DNA of 64,000 nucleotides from an uncultured Desulfospira sp. GTDB taxonomy: Bacteria; Desulfobacterota; Desulfobacteria; Desulfobacterales; Desulfobacteraceae. The notes beneath the pieces are model-generated. The model made no database searches. It was not told where the DNA came from and saw nothing but the letters and a program-made list of their open reading frames with translations. Positions 9,880-18,677 of this stretch are shown one piece after another. A program made the position numbers and the translations under genes. The stretch covers positions 4,000,001 through 4,064,000 of the forward strand of contig OY760175.1 in NCBI GenBank assembly GCA_963663165.1. The letters run 5' to 3'. Each line of letters starts with the position of its first letter. Position 1 is the stretch's first letter.

Positions 9880-10500
9880 ATGAGTCTTTACAATTTTTAC
9901 AACACCAATGTAACTCCCAAGCACAAGACGTTTATCAGTTTTCATCATTCAGATGATTACTACAAAAAGCATCTTGAAACCCAATGGGGTCAGCAGTTTG
10001 ATGGATTTGTTTCAAGGTCAGTAGGTGATGGCGATATTAACCCATATTTATCCACAGACCGCATCCGTCAGTTGATTCGTGATGATTTCATTTCTGATGC
10101 CACCGTTACACTTGTGCTTGTCGGACAGGGAACATGGCGCAGAAAGCATGTGGATTGGGAAATAGCTTCGGGCATTCATGACACGAAGAATAATTCAAGA
10201 ACTGGCCTATTGGGCTTGCTGCTCCCGACCTATTCGGCCCAGTTGCCATATGGAATGAAGGCATCGGCTTTGAAGTATACGGAAAATGGCAGCGTCTATA
10301 ACCCATATACAATTCCTCCAAGGTTGAACGACAACGTTGAATGCGGATTCGCCAAAATATATGCCTGGCCGACCTCTTCAAATGATTTGCGTGAATGGAT
10401 TCATGATGCATTTCAGCGACGCAAAACATGTTTACCAACAAACGGTCGAGACAGTTTTTCAAATAATAAAACTGAAGCTCAAACGCACTGGAGGGACTGA
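9880..10500 (+). CDS. TIR-domain protein, Thoeris ThsB-like (TIR-2)
   Basis: KHKTFISFHH, IRDDFISDATVTLVLVG..T..RKHVDWEI (catalytic Glu), GLLGLLLP, IPPRL; ATG overlaps the upstream stop (TGATG). Confidence 0.9.
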   Translation: MSLYNFYNTNVTPKHKTFISFHHSDDYYKKHLETQWGQQFDGFVSRSVGDGDINPYLSTDRIRQLIRDDFISDATVTLVLVGQGTWRRKHVDWEIASGIHDTKNNSRTGLLGLLLPTYSAQLPYGMKASALKYTENGSVYNPYTIPPRLNDNVECGFAKIYAWPTSSNDLREWIHDAFQRRKTCLPTNGRDSFSNNKTEAQTHWRD

Positions 10501-10502
10501 CA

Positions 10503-11054
10503 ATGATATCAAGTACAAATAGAAGGAAGGTTTTTATTTCACATTATAAAGGGGACCGGAATGAGGTTGATGCTTTTATAAAGGATTACTCATCCGTTTT
10601 TATCCCCAAGGTGTTGGGTGCCAATGATAATGATGAATTTATCAACAGCACGAACACCGACTATGTCATGCAGCGCATAAGGGAAAAATACCTTGGTGAC
10701 AGTACCGTGACGATTGTTTTAATAGGAAGGTGTACACATAGTCGACGATATGTTGACTGGGAGATAAAGAGTTCTCTGCGACAGGGCCAATACACACCTA
10801 ATGGCCTAATGGGAATAGTTTTGCCAAGTTGTAAGAATACAGCTTATTTACCACGAAGATTGGAAGCAAACTGGAATAGTGAGCATCATAGTTGCTATTC
10901 AAGATACTGGTCTTATCCCTCTTCTGCTCAACAATTGGCAAACTGGATTGAAGATGCATATCAGGCCCGAACTTCCCGGGCGCATCTGATCCAGAACTCT
11001 CAGGATATGATGAAGTACAATGGCGTGTGTAAAATCTGCGGGGTGACACATTGA
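10503..11054 (+). CDS. TIR-domain protein, Thoeris ThsB-like (TIR-3)
   Basis: RRKVFISHY, IREKYLGDSTVTIVLIG..T.SRRYVDWEI (catalytic Glu), NGLMGIVLP, LPRRL; C-terminal CKICGVTH. Confidence 0.9.
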   Translation: MISSTNRRKVFISHYKGDRNEVDAFIKDYSSVFIPKVLGANDNDEFINSTNTDYVMQRIREKYLGDSTVTIVLIGRCTHSRRYVDWEIKSSLRQGQYTPNGLMGIVLPSCKNTAYLPRRLEANWNSEHHSCYSRYWSYPSSAQQLANWIEDAYQARTSRAHLIQNSQDMMKYNGVCKICGVTH

Positions 11055-13123
11055 TGACAGCAGAATACAAACCACCCTTAGCCATACACTTTATTTGGAA
11101 CCCTGCAGATGAAGAACCTGTAAGTAAGATACTTGATGCTGTCAGGTCCAATTTTGCGCGTGATGTAGACCGGCCGTTTTCTCGTGGCTTAAACATACCG
11201 CTATTTTTCTATAGCTCAGAAAACCCGAATCAGCCCCCGTCACACTCACCTGCACAGCAGGCTGCAAAAGATATTGTATTCGTGTTCGCAAGCGTAAATA
11301 CACTAGGGCGGGACTCATGGAAATCATACATTAATCAACTGTCACTATCGGACACATTTCTGGCGGTTCCAATAGCCATTGATAGAAACGGATTAGGTCA
11401 TGGCAGTGAAGGCAGTCTCAAAAATCTGAATTTCCTTAGGTCTTACGAATGGTCGGGAGATTTAAAAGAGCAGCGGGCTATACTGGCCATGGCTCATGAA
11501 ATATACAGATACGGTTTCGTCGAAATTTGTGAAAATGATCATGGCAAGTGTTCATCAATTAAGATTTTTTTAAGCCATGCAAAAGCTGGAGATACTGGCC
11601 GCCTCCACGCTGAATCAATCTATAAATTCATCGATAGTACCAATATTTCGCGTTTTTTTGATGCGACCGAAATATCGCCGGGCTTCAAATTTGATGAAGA
11701 AATTATTAAGCACATAAAAGAATCCACATTGGTAGCGATAGGAAGTGACGCCTATTCCTCAAGATATTGGTGTCAGAGAGAAATCCTATGTGCTAAACAG
11801 CATCAGCGGCCTATCATCGCAGTTGATTGTCTTCAAGATTTTGAAGACAGGGTGTTTCCTGCAGGATCTAATGTCCCATGTGTGCATGTTTCACCGGACA
11901 CTCCAATTAGTGAGCCTGATATATTGCGTATCCTAATTGCTACCATTCTTGAAACGATACGTCACCTGCATGCGAAAAAATCACTCGAATATTATCAAAG
12001 CCAGGGTTGGATTAATAATGACTGTGCCATCATCTCAAGGCCACCCGAAATCCGTCAGGTGATCGATCTGAAAAATAGTGGGAAACAAAAAATTTGTTAC
12101 CCTGAACCTACGCTCTACTCCGAGGAAGCAGACTGGCTTTCGTATTTTGAAGTGGATGCGTTTACGCCCTTGTGGAACAAGGCTGAAGATGGGGCTTTGG
12201 GTAGTTTCAGAATAGGCATTTCCATCTCTGATAATCCTGTCGGTTATTATTCAGATCACCATTTACATGCTGACCATCTAAAGAGGCTATCCCAAGATCT
12301 GGCAAGGCACCTTCTTGCAAGGACAGGAACAATTATTTATGGAGGAGATCTTCGCAAAGACGGGTTTACACAATTTATTCTCGACGAGGCGATTGCATTA
12401 AAGACCCGTCTCAATACCGATAGCATTCATGTTGAGAATCATCTGGCTTGGCCTCTGTATGTATCAGATTCAGGAATGGTTGCCTGGAGAGCCAGGTACA
12501 ATGGAATTATTAAAACTGTTGAGCATGATATTCCAGATGATATTGCAGAAGGCATCGATAAGGGTGTCTTCATAGCTCCCAGTGGAACGGCTAATAAATA
12601 CATCTGGTCTCGTTGCCTTACATGGATGCGAGAGAAATCTATTGAGCTTTCTCATGCGCGTATATGCGCAGGTGGCAAACTTGCGGGCTATCACGGAAAA
12701 ATTCCGGGAGTTCTTGAAGAGATCATCATTTCAATAGAAAAAAACAAACCAATCTTTTTGCTCGGTGCTTTCGGTGGTGTTGTTGCCGAAGTTTGTAAAA
12801 CAATCACAGACAAGGCTATTGCTGAACCGATAACCGAACACTGGCAGATTACAAATAACGCCGGGTATTTTGAGCTTCAGGAAAAAGCCAAACAAGGAAA
12901 TAAGGATGCTGACTATACGAGAATTAAGACTGTTTTAGAAGGCATATCAGTGGATGATTTGGCACGTTCTTCCGGCCTTAGTTCAGACGATTATCGGCGA
13001 TTAATGGAATCCCCTTTTGTAGATGAGTGCGTGCATCTTGTTTTAAAAGGACTAAAGACATTAGCTTCTGCCAGCATGAGTAAAAAAACGGAGGGGCATG
13101 ATGAGGAACTTTCAGATAAATGA
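11054..13123 (+). CDS. Multidomain protein: degenerate TIR-like N-terminus + TIR + SLOG (putative effector of a Thoeris-like system)
   Basis: TIR from about aa 170 (KIFLSHAK, FFDATEI.PG, SDAYSSRYWCQREI with Glu at about aa 243). SLOG from about aa 386 (IGISIS, IIYGGDLR, ARICAGGK, PGVLEE, KPIFLLGAFGG). TGATG-coupled to TIR-3. Confidence 0.82.
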   Translation: MTAEYKPPLAIHFIWNPADEEPVSKILDAVRSNFARDVDRPFSRGLNIPLFFYSSENPNQPPSHSPAQQAAKDIVFVFASVNTLGRDSWKSYINQLSLSDTFLAVPIAIDRNGLGHGSEGSLKNLNFLRSYEWSGDLKEQRAILAMAHEIYRYGFVEICENDHGKCSSIKIFLSHAKAGDTGRLHAESIYKFIDSTNISRFFDATEISPGFKFDEEIIKHIKESTLVAIGSDAYSSRYWCQREILCAKQHQRPIIAVDCLQDFEDRVFPAGSNVPCVHVSPDTPISEPDILRILIATILETIRHLHAKKSLEYYQSQGWINNDCAIISRPPEIRQVIDLKNSGKQKICYPEPTLYSEEADWLSYFEVDAFTPLWNKAEDGALGSFRIGISISDNPVGYYSDHHLHADHLKRLSQDLARHLLARTGTIIYGGDLRKDGFTQFILDEAIALKTRLNTDSIHVENHLAWPLYVSDSGMVAWRARYNGIIKTVEHDIPDDIAEGIDKGVFIAPSGTANKYIWSRCLTWMREKSIELSHARICAGGKLAGYHGKIPGVLEEIIISIEKNKPIFLLGAFGGVVAEVCKTITDKAIAEPITEHWQITNNAGYFELQEKAKQGNKDADYTRIKTVLEGISVDDLARSSGLSSDDYRRLMESPFVDECVHLVLKGLKTLASASMSKKTEGHDEELSDK

Positions 13124-13271
13124 AAAGCATCTTTCTCAAATCCCGGCTTTGCAGCTTTTGATTGGCTTGGGATTTGAATTTTTGACACCTGCAGAAGCTC
13201 TCCGCGAAAGACAGGATCGGACCTTCAATGTTTTATTGAAGAACATTCTGCCCAATCAGCTTAAGGAGTAA
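13098..13271 (+). pseudogene. Duplicated 5' fragment of hsdR (57-codon ORF)
   Basis: Encodes MMRNFQINEKHLSQIPALQLLIGLGFEFLTPAEALRERQDRTFNVLLKNILPNQLKE*, near-identical to the HsdR N-terminus at 14016 (MNTFQINEKYLSQIPALQLLIGLGFEFLTPAEALRERQNRTSNVLLENILRNQLKE). Confidence 0.9.
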
Positions 13272-13275
13272 ACAA

Positions 13276-14019
13276 ATGAACAAATACCAGAAGCTTGACG
13301 ACTTGAAACAGAAACTTGATTCCTTCTGTCCACTGCCGCCAGAGATTGTTTCGAACCTTCATAAGGATCTGGTGCTTCGCTGGACCTATCACTCAAACGC
13401 TATCGAAGGAAATAGGCTGACGCTGAAAGAAACCAAGGTGGCGCTGGAAGGGATCACCGTTGGCGGGAAAACCATACGGGAGCACTTTGAAGCGATCAAC
13501 CACAGGGAAGCCATTTTTTTAGTTGAAGATCTGGTCAAAAAAAATGAGCCCCTGTCTGAGTGGCAGATTAAATCGATTCACCAATTGATCCTGAAAAATA
13601 TTGATGACAAAAATGCGGGTGTTTATAGAAAAACGAATGTCATCATCTCGGGTGCCGATCATGTTCCGACCGATGCCCTGCATGTAGAAAGCGACATGCA
13701 AAGCTTTATTAACTGGTATCAAACCCAAGGGGCGTCTCTCCATCCGGTAGAGCGGGCGGCCCGTGTTCATTCTGATTTTGTGAAAATCCATCCTTTTGTG
13801 GACGGCAATGGCAGAACATCACGGTTGCTGATGAATCTGGAACTGATGAAAAGCGGGTTCCCAGCGGTTGTTCTGCCTGTGGAAAAGCGCTTGGAATATT
13901 ACGAGACTCTGGATACCGCCCACACAAAAAATGATTATGAGCCATTTTTGACGCTGATTGCAAATATAACGGTATTAGGATTCAAACCCTACTGGCATGC
14001 CTTAGGGGTAACACCATGA
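13276..14019 (+). CDS. Fic-domain protein (class II-like, autoinhibited)
   Basis: Canonical HPFVDGNGRTSR motif; N-terminal SNAIEGN inhibitory motif. Confidence 0.92.
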   Translation: MNKYQKLDDLKQKLDSFCPLPPEIVSNLHKDLVLRWTYHSNAIEGNRLTLKETKVALEGITVGGKTIREHFEAINHREAIFLVEDLVKKNEPLSEWQIKSIHQLILKNIDDKNAGVYRKTNVIISGADHVPTDALHVESDMQSFINWYQTQGASLHPVERAARVHSDFVKIHPFVDGNGRTSRLLMNLELMKSGFPAVVLPVEKRLEYYETLDTAHTKNDYEPFLTLIANITVLGFKPYWHALGVTP

Positions 14020-17000
14020 ACACCTTTCAGATCAATGAAAAGTATCTTTCTCAAATCCCGGCCTTGCAGCTTTTGATTGGCCTGGGGTTTGAATTTTTGA
14101 CACCGGCTGAAGCCCTGCGCGAAAGGCAGAATCGAACATCCAATGTCTTGTTGGAAAATATTCTGCGCAATCAGCTCAAAGAGATAAACCGCATTCGATA
14201 TAAAGGCGGTGAGTATCTCTTCAGCGAGGAGAATGTCCAGTCGGCTATCCAGAAGCTCAAAAACATAAAATATGATGGCTTGCTCAAGACCAACGAGGCC
14301 ATTTACGATCTGATCACTCTCGGAACAGCCATGGAGCAGACCATTGAGGGGGATTCGAAAAGCTTCAATATGAACTATATCGACTGGCCCAAATCCAGGA
14401 ACAGCCCCGGTCGCAACAAGTTTCATGTAACGGTCGAATACAGTGTTGAACGTTCACGGGGACACAGTCCCGTTTTTATGTCAGGCCGTTCACCTTCGTA
14501 TGACGCGTATAAAGCAGGACAAAGCTATTCAGAGAAAAACACCACTGGTGGTGCGGAAACCGCCCGTCCGGATATCGTTCTCTTCGTTAATGGTATTCCA
14601 TTTTGCGTGATTGAGTGTAAAGCCCCGCAGATTGAAGTTGCACAGGCCGTTTCTCAGTCCATCAGAAATCAGAATGATGACTATATCCCAAAGCTCTTCA
14701 TCTACAGCCAGATGGTGCTGGCTCTGAATAAAAACAGCGCTATGTACGCAACAACGGGTACCGCTGCAAAGTTCTGGGGTGTATGGAAAGAGCCTTTGAT
14801 GGATAACGGCGAGCGTGAGTTTGAAAAACTGGCAGCAGTGGTCAACCAACCACTTGCCAAGCCTGTTGCCGCCAAAATTTTTTCTACCTTTGATGTTCAG
14901 CCGGAAGCTTTCACCGGCAACAGGCTGGTGACCGAACAGGATAAGGCTTTGTTCTCCCTTTGCCGTCCGGAAAGGCTCTTGGAATTGGCATGGAAGTTTA
15001 CGGTATTTGACGGGGGGATCAAAAAGATTGCCCGCTATCAACAGTATTTTGTCATCAAGTCTACCCTGAATCGGGTAAAGCACTTTGATAGGGCAGGTTC
15101 GCGTAAAGGCGGTGTGATCTGGCACACGCAAGGGTCAGGAAAGTCACTGACCATGGTGATGCTGGCCCGTAACCTGGCCTTGGATCCCGAAATTTTGAAT
15201 CCGAGAATTGTTCTTGTGACTGACCGTGACGACCTCGATAAGCAGCTTGGGAATACCTTTGCCGCCTGTGGCCTTGGCGCCAACCGGGCAACATCAGGCA
15301 GAAACCTGCTGGAACTGGTCGCTGAAAAGAAGTCAGGAATTATCACAACCCTCATTCACAAATTCGACAAAGCTTACGCGGTAAAAAAATATCAGGATGA
15401 ATCCCCTGATATTTTCATTCTGGTGGATGAGAGCCACCGGTCCCAGTTCGGTTCCTTTTCCGCCCGGATGAGGCAGATGTTTCCCCATGCCTGTTATCTG
15501 GGATTTACCGGCACGCCGCTGTTAAAGAAAGAGAAGAACAACTTCACCAAATTTGGTGAACTGGTGGAGCCCCATTATTCCATCACACAGGCCGTTGAAG
15601 ATGGCGCGGTGGTTCCGCTTCTGTATGAGGGGCGGCATGTGGAGATGACACAAAACACAGAAGCAGTTGATCTGTGGTTTGAGCGGCACACGCAGGGGTT
15701 GACCAGGGATCAGCAGGCAGACCTGAAACGCAAATATGCCCGGGCAGAAATGCTGAACAAGGCCGATCAGGTCATATATATGAGAGCGTTTGACATCAGC
15801 GAGCACTTCCGCGGGAGCTGGCAGGGAACAGGATTCAAGGCCCAGCTGGTGGCCCCGAATAAAGCATCGGCGCTCAAGTACAATGCGTATATGAATGAAA
15901 TCGGCATTGTCAGTTCCCAGGTTGTTATCTCGCCGCCGGATATGCGTGAAGGATATGAAGAGACCGATGATGAAACAACGGATGAGGTTGTAAAATTCTG
16001 GCAAAAAATGATGAAGCGCTATGGCAGTGAAGAAGAATACGTAAAGCAGCTCATCAACCAGTTTAAACACGGAAGCGTTCCTGAAATCCTTATTGTCGTT
16101 GATAAGCTGCTCACGGGTTTTGACGCTCCGCGCAACGCAGTCCTCTATCTATGCAGGGTACTGAGGGAGCACACGCTGCTTCAGGCAATTGCCCGGGTCA
16201 ACCGTCTCCATGAGGACAAGGAGTTCGGCTTTATCGTAGACTATGCAAGCGTCCTCGGTGAACTGGACAAAGCGCTTACCATGTACAGCGCATTTGAAGG
16301 GTTTGATGAATCCGATCTGGTCGGCACTCTGACATCCATTAACAGCGAAATCGAAAAACTGCCCGGCAGGTATTCCGATCTTTGGGATCTATTCAAAACG
16401 GTTAAGCATTCATACGATGAAGAAGCTTATGAAGTGCTGCTTGCCGATGAGAACTTAAGAGAAGAGTTTTACGGCCGTCTGTCGGAGTTCGGAAAAACCC
16501 TTGGCATCGCACTCTCTTCCGAGAATTTCCTGACCAAAACAGATGAGAAGGCTTTATTCAGATACAAGGCAGATCTTCGGAAATTCCAGTCACTCAAAGC
16601 ATCTGTCAAAATCCGGTATGCAGAGGCTATTGACTACCGGGATTATGAGCCAAAAATCAAAAAGTTGCTGGATACACACATTCAAGCCAGCGAAGTTGTT
16701 CAGCTGAATAAGCCGGTCAATATTTTTGATGATGAAGCATTCATGGTGGTGAAAGAAGAACAAGCGGTCTATGGCAGCAAAAAAACAACGGCGTCAAAGG
16801 CTGATACGATTGCACATGCCACGAAGAAAGTCATCACCGAAAAGATGGATGAAGACCCTGCGTTCTACGAAAAATTCTCAAAACTGATCCAGAAGGCAAT
16901 TGAAGATTTCAGGGCTAAGAGGATATCCGATCTGGATTATCTGAATAAAGTCGTGGAGATCCGCAACAAGGTTGTTGGTAAGGTACATGAAGATATACCG

Positions 17001-17333
17001 GATAAGCTTTCCGGGAATGAAGATGCCATGGCCTATTTCGGGGTACTTAAGCCTTTCCTTGAAGCCTATTCTAAGCAAACCGGCGAATTAGGTGAAGAAG
17101 ACCTTGAATCAGCAGCGGCTGATACGGCAATTGCTATTCATGGAATATTGGAAAAACATAAGAAAGTTCACTTCTGGGATGATGAAGACACTCAGAAACA
17201 GGCAGTAAATGAGATTGACGACTATCTCTATGATGAGCTCAAGACGGAAAGGGGGATTGAGCTGTCGCTTGATCAGATGGATGACATCATTGAGAAAGCC
17301 CTGCAGGTGGCAAAGCACAGGAGTTATAAATAA
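14016..17333 (+). CDS. hsdR: Type I RM restriction subunit R
   Basis: RPDIVLFVNGIP..VIECK nuclease motif, WHTQGSGKS (Walker A), DESHR, GFTGTP, KLLTGFDAP, QAIARVNR. Confidence 0.96.
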   Translation: MNTFQINEKYLSQIPALQLLIGLGFEFLTPAEALRERQNRTSNVLLENILRNQLKEINRIRYKGGEYLFSEENVQSAIQKLKNIKYDGLLKTNEAIYDLITLGTAMEQTIEGDSKSFNMNYIDWPKSRNSPGRNKFHVTVEYSVERSRGHSPVFMSGRSPSYDAYKAGQSYSEKNTTGGAETARPDIVLFVNGIPFCVIECKAPQIEVAQAVSQSIRNQNDDYIPKLFIYSQMVLALNKNSAMYATTGTAAKFWGVWKEPLMDNGEREFEKLAAVVNQPLAKPVAAKIFSTFDVQPEAFTGNRLVTEQDKALFSLCRPERLLELAWKFTVFDGGIKKIARYQQYFVIKSTLNRVKHFDRAGSRKGGVIWHTQGSGKSLTMVMLARNLALDPEILNPRIVLVTDRDDLDKQLGNTFAACGLGANRATSGRNLLELVAEKKSGIITTLIHKFDKAYAVKKYQDESPDIFILVDESHRSQFGSFSARMRQMFPHACYLGFTGTPLLKKEKNNFTKFGELVEPHYSITQAVEDGAVVPLLYEGRHVEMTQNTEAVDLWFERHTQGLTRDQQADLKRKYARAEMLNKADQVIYMRAFDISEHFRGSWQGTGFKAQLVAPNKASALKYNAYMNEIGIVSSQVVISPPDMREGYEETDDETTDEVVKFWQKMMKRYGSEEEYVKQLINQFKHGSVPEILIVVDKLLTGFDAPRNAVLYLCRVLREHTLLQAIARVNRLHEDKEFGFIVDYASVLGELDKALTMYSAFEGFDESDLVGTLTSINSEIEKLPGRYSDLWDLFKTVKHSYDEEAYEVLLADENLREEFYGRLSEFGKTLGIALSSENFLTKTDEKALFRYKADLRKFQSLKASVKIRYAEAIDYRDYEPKIKKLLDTHIQASEVVQLNKPVNIFDDEAFMVVKEEQAVYGSKKTTASKADTIAHATKKVITEKMDEDPAFYEKFSKLIQKAIEDFRAKRISDLDYLNKVVEIRNKVVGKVHEDIPDKLSGNEDAMAYFGVLKPFLEAYSKQTGELGEEDLESAAADTAIAIHGILEKHKKVHFWDDEDTQKQAVNEIDDYLYDELKTERGIELSLDQMDDIIEKALQVAKHRSYK

Positions 17334-18058
17334 TGGAGGCATTAATTCATAGCAATAAACACTCGGTTGTTTACGGCCGGAAGACCATCGATTTCAGTCT
17401 TTTGTACTGTGACAGAAAAACGATGGAAATTGCTGTGCATCCTGACAGCACGGTGATTGTCAAAGCGCCCGTGCAATCCGATATCACATTGATAGAACAG
17501 AAAATCATAAAGCGGGCTCGTTGGATTTTCAGACAGCTGAATTATTTCAAGCAGTTTACTCCAAAGACGCCTGATCGATGTTACGTGAACGGCGAGACCC
17601 ACTTGTACCTTGGGAAGCAATTCCGATTGAAATTAGCCAAGGGACAGGAAAACTCAGTAAAATTGTCTCGCGGCTTTTTTCATGTTAATTGCCGGAGCGA
17701 GCCGACTCCAAATTCTGCCAAGATGTTATTAAACCAATGGTATTCGGAAAAAGCACAACTTCAGTTTGCCCAGAGTATGGACCGCTGCTGGCAGAAATTC
17801 AATGGTTTCGGTATTGGTCAGCCAAAACTATCCATTAAGCGAATGCAAAAAAGATGGGGCAGCCTTTCAGACAAGGGCACAGTGACCCTCAATACTGACC
17901 TGGTTAAAGCACCTAAAGAGTGTATCGATTATGTTGTTACCCACGAACTGTGCCACCTGAAATATCATGATCACAGCCCGGATTTTTATAAGCTCTTAGA
18001 CTCTGTCATCCCGGGTTGGGAGAAGATAAAACACAAACTTGAGGTAAGCATGTCATAA
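17333..18058 (+). CDS. M48-like zinc-dependent protein, YgjP/DUF45 family
   Basis: GETHLYLG, KRWGS, IDYVVTHELCHL..HDHS..F; usual gene downstream of hsdR. Confidence 0.88.
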   Translation: MEALIHSNKHSVVYGRKTIDFSLLYCDRKTMEIAVHPDSTVIVKAPVQSDITLIEQKIIKRARWIFRQLNYFKQFTPKTPDRCYVNGETHLYLGKQFRLKLAKGQENSVKLSRGFFHVNCRSEPTPNSAKMLLNQWYSEKAQLQFAQSMDRCWQKFNGFGIGQPKLSIKRMQKRWGSLSDKGTVTLNTDLVKAPKECIDYVVTHELCHLKYHDHSPDFYKLLDSVIPGWEKIKHKLEVSMS

Positions 18059-18414
18059 ATTTAACGATTAAGTTTCGTCAAATCCTTCCTGCTCACCATT
18101 TTTGATATCTTTACTGTGGACTACATCAATATCGAAAAGCTGCCAACCCAGAATTTAAAACCCCGGACTATTATTAATATTCAACACTCAGAGATTGCTT
18201 GTTTATACGGATTTTTGATTTCGGTGATGAGCGACATAAGTCTATGTTGACCGCTTTCTTCAAAGTTTCTTCAGCCACAAAATATGGGGTTGGACCCGCC
18301 TGCTTAGCAGCACGTTTTATACCGGATAAAGTTGACATTCCGGGCAAATCAAGAATTTTGGAACTCTTCGGCGAAATGTAATATTATAACCGGGGTCACC
18401 CTGGGCTGTTTTTC

Positions 18415-18467
18415 TTACCCCATATCAATGCCAAGGGTCTGCATAAGTGAATTTAGGACGGTTTGCG
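18415..18467 (-). other. Displaced original 3' end of the hybrid kinase gene (AQT-VLNSLMQTLGIDMG*)
   Basis: Reading across the element's target duplication continues the kinase frame (...YDFEGAQT) to a TAA at 18415-18417. Confidence 0.75.
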
Positions 18468-18677
18468 CCTATAACCGCAAATGACAGTTGGATTTTTTCA
18501 ACCAACTGATTTTTAATTCAATTAATACAACTTGTTTCAATTTGCAAAGTATATGTTTTAGTCGTTGAATCGAAAAACTCTAAGATTCTGGGCGAAATGG
18601 ATTATTTTTCCTGTTATTGCTTCGTAGTATATGATATTATTTGGCACAAATATCATATACTACGAAGAGAGGTTGTC

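Larger units (their letters stand above)
7976..9880 (+). pseudogene. TIR-domain protein (TIR-1, about 173 aa) interrupted by an ISAzo13-type element; fragments 7976-8243 and 9627-9880
   Basis: N-part has IFISH, DTLLAVVT and SWWVPFEIG (catalytic Glu). Joining 8243 to 9627 gives in-frame ...EMPRV-ISSFTPLPD...LPEYLLEWPRL. Confidence 0.88.

Noticed and set aside
9599..9880. 93-aa ORF as an independent gene
   Set aside because: Its start lies in the IS right end; it is the 3' half of TIR-1.
11054..13123. Canonical Thoeris ThsA (SIR2-SLOG or TM-Macro)
   Set aside because: No SIR2 GAGxS, TTNYD or HG motifs and no TM helices; the enzymatic domain is a TIR.
18061..18414. Possible gene remnant or att site at the right edge of the island
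   Set aside because: Short open frames without recognisable motifs; only a ~10-bp match (gggctgtttt) to the left flank, which is not significant.
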